Assembly: GCA_050253415.1 (NCBI GenBank)
Contig: JBFWJC010000001.1
Coordinates: 776,679 to 840,678 of the forward strand
Length of the DNA stretch: 64,000 nt
Direction of reading: 5' to 3'
Origin: Pedobacter sp.
Lineage (GTDB): Bacteria; Desulfobacterota; Desulfuromonadia; Desulfuromonadales; Syntrophotaleaceae
Shown in pieces: positions 1-10,626 of the stretch. A program made the position numbers and the translations under genes. How positions within the stretch are numbered: position 1 is the stretch's first letter; the number at the start of each line of letters is the position of its first letter. The notes beneath the pieces are model-generated. The model had not been told where the DNA came from, ran no database searches, and was given only the letters and a program-made list of their open reading frames with translations.

Positions 1-2
1 AC

Positions 3-590
3 GCCATCGTTTCTTTTGGTCAGGGGTGCGAGGGGGATCCGATCCTGCAGGCGGATACTATCTGCAAGGCGGTACGCGAAATGCGCCGGAGCACCAAGCG
101 CGGCACCATTCATTTCAACTCCAACGCTTCCGATCCCGATGCCGTCGATCGTCTGGCGCAGGCCGGTATCGATTCCATCCGGGTATCGATGAATTCGGTG
201 CAGGACCATTTTTACCAGGCGTACCACCGCCCTTGCGGTTATACCATCGAGCAGGTGCGCGAATCCCTGCGGCGGGCCAAAAACCATGGCCTGTTCACCA
301 TGATTAATTACCTGGTCTTTCCGGGACTCAACGACCGGCCTGAAGAAGTCGAAGCGCTTGGCGACCTGGTCGAAGAAGCTGGCGTCGACCTGATCCAGAT
401 GCGCAATTTGAGTATCGACCCCGCATTGTACTGCGAGGCGTTGGCGATCGACGGAGAGGGGATAGGCATGGTTGAGATGCTTACGCGCCTTAAACAACGC
501 ATTCCCCGACTGCAGTACGGCTATTTCAACCGTACACAGGAGAATTTCTATCCCGAAGGTTATCAGACCGACTGGCCGCTGCCGGCCTGA
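3..590 (+). CDS. Radical SAM protein, 5'-partial (runs off window start)
   Basis: Frame is open from base 3 (AIVSFGQGCEGDPILQ..., a GGEP-like motif) into ORF 81..590; TIM-barrel-like strands INYLVFPG and DLIQMRNL. Confidence 0.75.
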   Translation, partial: AIVSFGQGCEGDPILQADTICKAVREMRRSTKRGTIHFNSNASDPDAVDRLAQAGIDSIRVSMNSVQDHFYQAYHRPCGYTIEQVRESLRRAKNHGLFTMINYLVFPGLNDRPEEVEALGDLVEEAGVDLIQMRNLSIDPALYCEALAIDGEGIGMVEMLTRLKQRIPRLQYGYFNRTQENFYPEGYQTDWPLPA

Positions 591-620
591 TTGGCGGTGA
601 TGTTCAGCGAATGGCGGACT

Positions 621-2066
621 ATGCGTATTCTTCGTCCCAAATCGTTTCTTTCCCTGGTGCTGATCGGCTTTGCCATGGTGGCCCTGCCGTTCAACCTGGC
701 CATGATCAATGCCGAGTTTTTCATGGATCGTTTGGCCCGGCGCGGCTCCCAGGCGGTGTATCGCTCGGTCACGGTGATCCAGGAAAGCCGCAACCTGGTT
801 GAGCAGCTGTTGGCTCTGGAGCGTCGCGTGCGCCAATACCAGGTACTTGAGGCCGGTGAGATGCTGGCCGGTATCGAGGAAAAGCATAAGGAGTTCGTGG
901 TATCCGCTGAACGCCTCGGTACCTTGCCATTGAAGCAGGATCAGTTGCAGCGCTTGCAACGCCTGGCATCAGGGGAGCAGCAGCTTTATACCAGTCTGCG
1001 CAGCAATGGTCACAACGCCAGTGAGGACAAGGCGTTTCTGGCGAGGTTCGACGAACTTAACGATCTGGCGCGAGGTCTTTACGACGAGAGTCAGGAGCTC
1101 ATCGTCCGCGAGGTCGATGCCCTTCGCTCCTCGACCACCCGTGCGCGGCGCATACTCCTGTGGCTGGCGGTTTTGCTGGTGCCGGTGACGGGCTTGTTTG
1201 CCAGTTTTTTCGCCCAGCGGATTACCAATCCGATCAGGCAGATAAATCGCGGTATCACCCGCCTTGGGGAGGGTGATTTTACCTCCCCTATCGAGGTCAG
1301 AGGGCCGGATGATCTGCGCTTTCTCGGTACCCGCCTGGATTGGCTGCGTCAGCGCCTGGATGCGGTGGACAAGGAAAAAAGCAAATTCGTATCGCACGTA
1401 TCCCATGAGTTGAAAACACCGCTGGCCTCCATCCGCGAAGGTACGGAACTGTTGGTTGAGGAAGAGGTCGGTCCCCTCAACGATCAGCAGCGGGAGATTG
1501 CCTGGATCCTGCGCAAAAATGGTGTGCAGTTGCACAAGCTTATCGATAATCTGCTCGGTTTCAGTCGCATGCAGGCCAAAATATCCCCCTTTCGCGGCAC
1601 CCAGATTGACTTTTCCCGCCTGATCGAGGGGATTGTTGCGTCGCAGCGGCCCGCTATACTGAAAAAGAATCTGAATCTTAAGCTTGATGTGATGGATCTG
1701 CAGCTTTACGGCGACCGTGAACGGCTGCGAAATGTGGTGGATAATTTACTGTCCAATGCTGTCAAGTACACGCCGGTCGACGGGGTGATTCATCTTAACC
1801 TTCGCCGGCAGGGAAATCTTGCCGTATTGGAAGTGGCTGATTCGGGGCCCGGGATCCCTGAAGACGAGCGACAGAAAATTTTTAAACCTTTTTATCAGGG
1901 ATCGGCACCCATGGTCGGGCCTGTGCAAGGGACGGGAATAGGTTTGTCTATAGTGCAGGAATATGTACGGGATCATGGTGCCCGTATCGAAGTCCTGGAT
2001 AGCCCTCTGGGTGGTGCTTGCTTTAAAGTGAGTCTGCCGCTGTCGAATCAGGAGGAAACGGCATGA
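621..2066 (+). CDS. glrK: HAMP sensor histidine kinase, GlrK/QseE-like
   Basis: Two TM segments, HAMP, H-box SHELKTPL, N-box NLLSNAVKY, DSGPGI, GTGIGL; gene order kinase-lipoprotein-sigma54 regulator matches qseE-qseG-qseF. Start could be 600 or 591. Confidence 0.8.
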   Translation: MRILRPKSFLSLVLIGFAMVALPFNLAMINAEFFMDRLARRGSQAVYRSVTVIQESRNLVEQLLALERRVRQYQVLEAGEMLAGIEEKHKEFVVSAERLGTLPLKQDQLQRLQRLASGEQQLYTSLRSNGHNASEDKAFLARFDELNDLARGLYDESQELIVREVDALRSSTTRARRILLWLAVLLVPVTGLFASFFAQRITNPIRQINRGITRLGEGDFTSPIEVRGPDDLRFLGTRLDWLRQRLDAVDKEKSKFVSHVSHELKTPLASIREGTELLVEEEVGPLNDQQREIAWILRKNGVQLHKLIDNLLGFSRMQAKISPFRGTQIDFSRLIEGIVASQRPAILKKNLNLKLDVMDLQLYGDRERLRNVVDNLLSNAVKYTPVDGVIHLNLRRQGNLAVLEVADSGPGIPEDERQKIFKPFYQGSAPMVGPVQGTGIGLSIVQEYVRDHGARIEVLDSPLGGACFKVSLPLSNQEETA

Positions 2067-2584
2067 TGCCAAAACGTATACCTGGAGTGGTCATCGGGGT
2101 GCTATTGCTGGGGCTGTTGGTCGCCGGTTGCAGCAACTTTCCGCGCGTGTGGTGGCCACAGTTGCCGAGTGAAGGGGTGCAAGCTGAGACGGTGCTCGAC
2201 TACTACCGCAAAGCCAGTACGCTAAGTATCGCCGCCGGCAGCAAGGAGTTGATCCGTTTGCGCAAAGCCTATCGCAAAAGTCCGGACGATGAGACCCTTT
2301 TTCAACTTGTGGCGCTGGGTTTACAACCCGGACGTTCCCTTGCCGATCGGCAACTGGCATCCGATTTGCTGAAGGAATTCCGCCAGCGCGACGAGGGGGG
2401 GCGTACTTTGATGACCCTGGTGTCGTTGCTGCAAGATCAACTCGGTGACCAGCTGCGGCTTGCCGGGGAGCGCGACAAGGCTCGGCAGCAGGCTCAGGAG
2501 CTGGAAACCACCTCCCGGGAACTGCAAGATAAGCTGCGGGCTCTGGAGAATATCGAAAAAATTCTGCGCCAACGGGAAAAGTAA
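2063..2584 (+). CDS. QseG/YfhG-like lipoprotein with C-terminal coiled coil
   Basis: Lipobox LVAGC; C-terminus LQDKLRALENIEKIL resembles QseG; ATGA overlap with the kinase. Confidence 0.7.
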   Translation: MMPKRIPGVVIGVLLLGLLVAGCSNFPRVWWPQLPSEGVQAETVLDYYRKASTLSIAAGSKELIRLRKAYRKSPDDETLFQLVALGLQPGRSLADRQLASDLLKEFRQRDEGGRTLMTLVSLLQDQLGDQLRLAGERDKARQQAQELETTSRELQDKLRALENIEKILRQREK

Positions 2585-2614
2585 TTCTCCCCTGGCGGCA
2601 ATCTGAGGACATTG

Positions 2615-3970
2615 ATGGAAACGAAGAAACAGCGCCTGTTGTTGGTAGATGACGACACCGATCTGCTGCGGTTACTGTCCATTCGCCTGCGCGGGGCGGG
2701 ATATGACATCCATATCGCGGAAAGTGGCGAGGAAGCGTTGGCCAAAATTCCGGCGGTTCGTCCTCATTTGGTGATTACCGATCTGCGTATGGCAGGGATG
2801 GACGGCATGGCCCTATTTGATGCCATACGAACCCGTCAGGCCTCCTTGCCGGTTATTATTCTCACCGCCCATGGCTCCATTCCCGACGCGGTCGAAGCGA
2901 CCCGGCGGGGAGTTTTCAGCTTTCTTACCAAACCCCTGGACAGTAAAGCCCTGCTGGAGGAAATTCAGCGTGCCCTGCGTATTTCCGGTGATGCCGCCGA
3001 GCAGGAAACCCAGGGTGAGGAGTCCTGGCGCAGTGAAATCATCACCAAGAGCCCTGTTATGGAGGAACTGCTGGCCAAGGCACGGCTTGCCGCCGAGAGT
3101 GATGCAGCCGTCCTGATCCGGGGCGAAAGCGGTACCGGTAAGGAATTGATCGCGCGTGCCATCCATCGGGCCAGTGTCCGAGCCGATAAGCCTTTTGTTG
3201 CCGTCAACTGCGGTGCCATTCCCGATACCCTGCTCGAATCGGAATTGTTCGGCCATGCCAAGGGGGCGTTTACCGGCGCGTTAAAGGATTATCCCGGTCT
3301 GTTCCGGTCGGCTGCAGGGGGAACCCTGTTTCTTGACGAGATTGGCGATATGCCACTGCCCCTGCAGGTCAAACTGCTGAGGGTGCTGCAGGAAAAACAG
3401 ATGCGGCCTGTCGGATCGGTAACCAGCTGCGCCATCGATGTGCGGATTATCTCCGCAACCCATCGTCATCTCGAAGACGAAATCACCGCCGAGCGGTTTC
3501 GGGAAGATCTCTATTATCGGCTCAACGTCGTGTCTCTCGATTTGCCGAGTCTGGCAGAACGCCGGGAAGATATTCCCTTGCTGGCCAGCCACTTTCTGCA
3601 AAAAATCGCGGCCCGCAGTGGCAAAAAAGTCACCGGCTTTGCACCCGAGGCCATGGAAGCACTGTTGGCAGCCTCCTGGCCTGGAAATGTGCGGCAGCTG
3701 ATCAACGTGGTCGAACAGGGGCTGGCCTTGACTACCACTTCGCTGATTTCAGCTTCGCTGGTGGCGGATGCTATTCACGAAAATGTTGAAACGATTCCCT
3801 GCTTCAGCGAAGCACGCAGACAGTTTGAACAGGACTATCTGGTGCGCTTGATGCAGCTTACCCGTGGCAATGTCGCCCATGCTGCGCGTTTGGCCGGACG
3901 CAATCGAACCGAATTTTATAAATTATTGGGTCGCCATCATATCGTACCGAGCCTGTTTAAAAATGTCTGA
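2615..3970 (+). CDS. glrR: Sigma54-dependent response regulator, GlrR/QseF-like
   Basis: Receiver (VDDD, DLRM), Walker [41 protein letters not shown] typical of GlrR. Confidence 0.9.
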   Translation: METKKQRLLLVDDDTDLLRLLSIRLRGAGYDIHIAESGEEALAKIPAVRPHLVITDLRMAGMDGMALFDAIRTRQASLPVIILTAHGSIPDAVEATRRGVFSFLTKPLDSKALLEEIQRALRISGDAAEQETQGEESWRSEIITKSPVMEELLAKARLAAESDAAVLIRGESGTGKELIARAIHRASVRADKPFVAVNCGAIPDTLLESELFGHAKGAFTGALKDYPGLFRSAAGGTLFLDEIGDMPLPLQVKLLRVLQEKQMRPVGSVTSCAIDVRIISATHRHLEDEITAERFREDLYYRLNVVSLDLPSLAERREDIPLLASHFLQKIAARSGKKVTGFAPEAMEALLAASWPGNVRQLINVVEQGLALTTTSLISASLVADAIHENVETIPCFSEARRQFEQDYLVRLMQLTRGNVAHAARLAGRNRTEFYKLLGRHHIVPSLFKNV

Positions 3971-4006
3971 AAACCCCGTGTCTCTAAAAAGAGACGCGGG
4001 GTTTTT
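3970..4006 (+). terminator. Rho-independent terminator after glrR-like gene
   Basis: AAAACCCCGTGTCTCT-AAAA-AGAGACGCGGGGTTTTT. Confidence 0.75.
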
Positions 4007-4080
4007 GGGGGAAGTATTGTGCTTTTTCCGCCTTTTGCCTCACTTAAAGGGGGAGGCAAGAAGGTGTCCTTCCTCATCTT

Positions 4081-4188
4081 TGTTGCCAATAAACGACAAA
4101 TCACCCCTTTTTCCCCTTTATGTGATCCACCCCGTCTGCTGGATAAGCCATTGTTAGCGCCTTTGTAAAAATTGGTGCGGGCTTTGCT
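4081..4188 (+). promoter_or_regulatory. Sigma54 promoter with upstream GlrR-type activator site
   Basis: TGTT-N10-GACA at 4081-4098 (GlrR consensus TGTC-N10-GACA); TGGTGCGGGCTTTGCT at 4173-4188 with GG-N10-GC. Confidence 0.6.
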
Positions 4189-4286
4189 CATGCATATCGC
4201 CAATCTTGAATTTATCCTGTTGTCAGACGGAGGTGATCGTTATAACGGACCGATCACCAGGTCTAAATGTGAGAGGTTTTTTTGCA

Positions 4287-4493
4287 ATGAACGGATTTTT
4301 GCGTGTTGTGCTGCTGGTCGTTTGTGGTGGTCTCATGGCTCTGGCGGCCCTGGCAGGGCAAATTGGGTATGGTGACGATTACGGCCGGGCTACTTTTCCT
4401 TACGCGAGCATCGACACATCGGAGGGAGCCGGGGCTCAGGCCAATGGGATGATCATCGGCCACCAAACTCAAGCCGGGGTGGAGAAACCATGA
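4287..4493 (+). CDS. Small secreted or membrane protein (68 aa)
   Basis: GAGAGG RBS; signal-like N-terminus MNGFLRVVLLVVCGGLMALAALA; stop overlaps next ATG (ATGA). Confidence 0.5.
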   Translation: MNGFLRVVLLVVCGGLMALAALAGQIGYGDDYGRATFPYASIDTSEGAGAQANGMIIGHQTQAGVEKP

Positions 4494-5185
4494 AACGACC
4501 GATAACCAGGGTTGAAATTTCGAAACGCTGCGAACGTATAGGCCCCCAACTTTTACACACCGACCGGCATGGCCTGAACCTGTCTCTGCGGCTGCTGATG
4601 GTTTTAGTACTGCTAGGCGCGAGTATTTCAACAGCGTGGGGTGCGTATATTACTGATCAAATCCCTGTAACCTTGAGGCGCGGTCCAGGTACCGGGTACC
4701 GCATCCTTAAATCGCTGACCAGTTCCGCAAAAATTGAAATCCTGGAAGATGGCGACGACTATGTCAAGGTCCGCACTGCGGATGGAACCGAAGGGTACGT
4801 CCTCAAACAATATGTTTCCAGCCAGGAACCCCAAGCCGTCATCGCAGAACGCCTGCAACGCGAACAGCTCGCCTTGCGCAAAAAACTGGATGATTTGACG
4901 GAGCAGAACAAAAAACTACAAGGTGTTGAGGCGGAACTGCAAAAAATAACGGGTCAATACGAGCGCCTGCAACAAGGGGCCCAGAACATAACCGAAACCA
5001 TGGCAGAACGTGACCGTCTGCAGCAGGAAAACGCGGCCCATCTGCAGAAAATCACTTCGCTTGAGGCGGAAAACCATTATTTGTGGCGCAATAATATCTT
5101 ACGCTGGTTTTTTGCCGGTGCTGGGGTATTGTGTCTCGGTTGGCTGCTTGGTCGCCGGCCGCCGCGCCGTACTCGTTCGTTCTGA
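4490..5185 (+). CDS. SH3-domain membrane protein (TIGR04211/YgiM-like)
   Basis: YITDQIPVTLRRGPGTGYRI SH3b motif, coiled coil, C-terminal TM WFFAGAGVLCLGWLLG. Confidence 0.85.
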   Translation: MKRPITRVEISKRCERIGPQLLHTDRHGLNLSLRLLMVLVLLGASISTAWGAYITDQIPVTLRRGPGTGYRILKSLTSSAKIEILEDGDDYVKVRTADGTEGYVLKQYVSSQEPQAVIAERLQREQLALRKKLDDLTEQNKKLQGVEAELQKITGQYERLQQGAQNITETMAERDRLQQENAAHLQKITSLEAENHYLWRNNILRWFFAGAGVLCLGWLLGRRPPRRTRSF

Positions 5186-5293
5186 CCTTGGCTCTATTCC
5201 TGATCCAAGATCGTTCCCTCCTTGTTCTGAACCCGCCGTCATGCTAAAAATGGCGCAAACGCGAACGCCTGAAGGCGACTTAAGGAGGATGGT

Positions 5294-6130
5294 ATGCTCG
5301 ATCTGGTGATAGACGGTGATAAGTGCACCCGATGTGAACAATGCGTCAGGGACTGCCCGTTAATGGTTCTGGTCATGGACCAGGGCGTGCCCTACGTCGG
5401 TGAAGACAAAGCGGAAAAATGTATCGAGTGTCAGCATTGCCTGGCGGTTTGTCCGACCGGCGCCCTGGGTATTTTCGGGCTAAAGCCGGAAGACAGTCTG
5501 CCTCTTGCCGGACATTTTCCCGAGCCCGCCCAGATGGAAACCCTGATCAAGGGCCGTCGTTCCATCCGTCGCTTTCAGCGAGAGCCGGTCGACCCCGCTA
5601 CCATCGAACAATTGCTCAAAATATCCACCCATGCTCCCACCGGCGTCAATTCGCGCAAGGTACTGTTTACCGTGGTTGAAGATCCGCAGACCATGGAGCA
5701 GGTCAAGCACGCGACCATGGAAGGCGTTCGGAAAATGGTTCAGGACGAGAGCCTGCCCAAGGGCAAGGAGTTTTACGGCGGTATTCTGCGGGCCTGGGAC
5801 AAGGGCGCGGATATCCTTTTCCGCAAGGCGCCGCATCTGCTGATCGTGTCCGTCGATGCCAAGGCCCCGACCCCCATCGCCGACGGATTCATCGCCATGA
5901 CCACCTTCGAGATGATGGCTGCAACCCTGGGCCTGGGCACCCTGTGGGACGGTCTGGCCAAATGGGCCATGGTCGACATGAATCCTGAGCTGGGCGCCCA
6001 GCTTGGCATCCCCGAATCTCATGAGATTGTCTACGTCATGCTGTTCGGAAAGCCCGCGGTGACCTATCACCGTACGGTACAGCGCGATGCGGATCTTAAA
6101 GTTAACCGCGTGGTGTGGGATAAGAAATAG
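5294..6130 (+). CDS. Nitroreductase with N-terminal 2x[4Fe-4S] ferredoxin domain
   Basis: CTRCEQCVRDCP and CIECQHCLAVCP; RRSIRRF; HAPTGVN; AGGAGG RBS. Confidence 0.9.
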   Translation: MLDLVIDGDKCTRCEQCVRDCPLMVLVMDQGVPYVGEDKAEKCIECQHCLAVCPTGALGIFGLKPEDSLPLAGHFPEPAQMETLIKGRRSIRRFQREPVDPATIEQLLKISTHAPTGVNSRKVLFTVVEDPQTMEQVKHATMEGVRKMVQDESLPKGKEFYGGILRAWDKGADILFRKAPHLLIVSVDAKAPTPIADGFIAMTTFEMMAATLGLGTLWDGLAKWAMVDMNPELGAQLGIPESHEIVYVMLFGKPAVTYHRTVQRDADLKVNRVVWDKK

Positions 6131-6198
6131 GCACCTAGCGGATTTGATAAAGGCTCCGTCTATCATATGACGGGGGTAATGACTGGATAAAACAGTAT

Positions 6199-6236
6199 AA
6201 AAAAGGCCTTCCAATATATACGGAAGGCCTTTTTTT
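6199..6236. terminator. Bidirectional terminator
   Basis: AAAAAAGGCCTTCC-AATATATAC-GGAAGGCCTTTTTTT. Confidence 0.8.
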
Positions 6237-6239
6237 ATA

Positions 6240-6461
6240 GGAGTGTCCCGTCCTAAAAGGCGGTTTGCGGGGCCGCATAGTGGTCAACTTACCTGATAGC
6301 TGAAACAGTAAGCGCTACTTGCAAGTGGCTTCGTGCCGGGATCACCTCTCAATGCCCGGGCTGATGATGTGTTGACCTAAGTTAGGTTGTCGAGAATTTG
6401 CTAAGAGCTCCATTTTATTCGCCTCCAGCGAAAGGACTCGCCCTGGTTTCGTAGCCGCTCC
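6240..6461. ncRNA. Candidate structured RNA of unknown family
   Basis: Nested long-range helices and three internal hairpins (see findings); no recognisable Rfam signature. Confidence 0.35.
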
Positions 6462-6554
6462 CAACCCATGTCGGTGCCATCGTATTTTTTGCCTTAGTGC
6501 GTTTTCTTGCGGTTGCTGGATATCTGCCAGAAATTCTTATAAAACCTGGTCTAC

Positions 6555-6705
6555 GAGAAAAGCCCTCCGGTTCGCATGGTGGGCTTTTCATGTCTGAATC
6601 ACTGTGTTTTGCGATACTTTCCCTGGAATCGGAACGGTTAAGTAGCCGAGTTCAATGCATCGGGGAAATGCCTGATTTCATAGGCGTCCCTCCTTCTGTT
6701 CCCCA
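6555..6705. repeat. ~150 bp direct repeat, copy A
   Basis: Matches 7278-7428: GAGAAA-GCCC-CCGGT--GCATGGTGGGC-TTTCATGTCT and AAGTAGCCGAGTTCAATGCATC-GGGAAAT-CCTGATTTCAT--GCGTCCCT. Confidence 0.85.
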
Positions 6706-6737
6706 GATCCGGTTTGAGCGCATCTGACCTTGCCCAA

Positions 6738-7013
6738 TTAATTCTGAATTTCTTTCAATCTATCAGTTTGCACGTATATGTTACGAATATTTTCCGATAT
6801 ACGGTTATCTAACTTGTCTCTAACTATAATCATGTCCTTTAAAACAATTTTTTCGCCAGAAATAGTAAAGTAGGAAATTTTTCTGGAGGAATCACCAAGG
6901 TCCTCAACAATAACAAATCTGTCAGCGCCAAGAGCTGTTACTTCAGAATAACTTTCATTTACAAATGTACCGAAAATAATCAAAGCTAAAAAAGTAACAA
7001 ATATAAGCCTCAT
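6738..7013 (-). CDS. AT-rich hypothetical exported protein (91 aa)
   Basis: GGAGG RBS 5 nt before ATG 7013; signal peptide MRLIFVTFLALIIFGTFVNESYS; composition clearly unlike flanking genes. Confidence 0.7.
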   Translation of the reverse strand: MRLIFVTFLALIIFGTFVNESYSEVTALGADRFVIVEDLGDSSRKISYFTISGEKIVLKDMIIVRDKLDNRISENIRNIYVQTDRLKEIQN

Positions 7014-7277
7014 TTTTTCCTCCATTGATTTTTGATTAAAGGAATGAGCCTCCTGAAAAGTAAAATTCTGTGGCTGTATTTTACAATCAACGCACGCCAA
7101 GGCAGGCGCGTTTGCCTGATTTATTACATTTTATGGTGGATAGAACCGATGCCTGAGATTTTTAAATATTATCTTTATTAAATGTTAGGTCAAGCTTGGG
7201 TCGCCTGAAAAACGTTCCCAGTTTGTTCAAGACGAAAATACTAAGAGAACTTTTATTTCTTGCAATTCCTGAAATGT

Positions 7278-7428
7278 GAGAAACGCCCACCGGTCAGCAT
7301 GGTGGGCGTTTCATGTCTACGGACCGGTGAGGTTTGCGAAACATCTAATGGAGCGAGAATGGCCAAGTAGCCGAGTTCAATGCATCCGGGAAATACCTGA
7401 TTTCATGTGCGTCCCTTCCTCTGCCCCA
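7278..7428. repeat. ~150 bp direct repeat, copy B
   Basis: Second copy of 6555-6705. Confidence 0.85.
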
Positions 7429-7669
7429 TCCGCTAGCAATGAGGTGAACATACTTTTCAGAAGAAAGAATCTTCGACATGCTGCCATGCGAGAAGATAGT
7501 GGAAAATATTTCATTGAACCGCATATGCGGGCAATGTTTGAAGAACTCTGGAAGATTCACTTCAAACAGCAAGAGAGTTAGTCCTTTCCCAATTGCCCGG
7601 CTTGAAATTTAGCTCCGAGCTGAGAGAATAGCAGGGTAGCGAAACGTAAACTCCAAAAACAAGGAGGCG

Positions 7670-7792
7670 ATGATGCGTTCTGTTCAAAGATGGCAGTGTA
7701 TGGTCTGTGGTTTGATTGTTGAAGGCGCGGCTCCACCTAAAATTTGTCCTAAATGTGGTGCCAGATCCGACCGCTTTATCAAGATCAAGTAG
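7670..7792 (+). CDS. Small rubredoxin-like protein (40 aa), absent from ORF track
   Basis: AAGGAGG RBS; MMRSVQRWQCMVCGLIVEGAAPPKICPKCGARSDRFIKIK has CxxCG-x11-CPxCG as in the rubrerythrin rubredoxin domain. Confidence 0.85.
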   Translation: MMRSVQRWQCMVCGLIVEGAAPPKICPKCGARSDRFIKIK

Positions 7793-8173
7793 CGCCTCCA
7801 ACACCCCGTTCCGTATCAAAATACAGGCTACCTTTCAAGGGCCTGGGTACAAATTCCGATATCTTGTTTGACAGTTTCCCGGCGATTTGGATGTTACTCA
7901 GACCGCCAAAATGATTTGTCCGAGTTGCCATATGCGCAATCCATATTTAAGGGTACCCGGATAACGACTTGCGAAAATATGTTCAACCGAATCCTACCCC
8001 GGATTTATGCCGACATGCTGCACATGTTGTTTAGCTTGCGCAGATTATGAATGCAAAAAGGTGGCTTTCCGATGATTTTTTTTGCCATTTTTCTGGCCGT
8101 TTGGATTGGCAGATTCAAGAAAAGGTTGCGGATCAAAAAACAACCCGCGTAAGTCTCGTAAATTGATGGTTAG

Positions 8174-10417
<2,244 letters not shown>

Positions 10418-10573
10418 TCAAAAAAGAACGTGTTTGAGGGGTTATGGCAGGACGGAAAGAAAACGGTCAGCCAGCAAACGGTTCCAGCGGACGGCTATTG
10501 CTGCTGGAACCGGCACGTCAAGGCAAAAACCGTCCTGATTGAGGGAGACGCAATCACCCTATTCAATGTGCCC

Positions 10574-10608
10574 AAAGGCCCAGCCTGAATATCAGGCTGG
10601 GCCTTTTT
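10574..10608. terminator. Bidirectional terminator between convergent genes
   Basis: AAAGGCCCAGCCTGA-ATA-TCAGGCTGGGCCTTTTT. Confidence 0.8.
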
Positions 10609-10626
10609 GTATTGGAAGGCGATGAC

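Noticed and set aside
6282..6382. HEARO/IscB omega RNA (GTCAAC...GTTGACC)
   Set aside because: Only the outer helix resembles it; no IscB/TnpB ORF or downstream omega RNA motifs
6335..6400. Hammerhead ribozyme (CTGATGA after a CCGGG/CCCGG stem)
   Set aside because: No GAAA after stem II, and no UH cleavage site adjoining stem I
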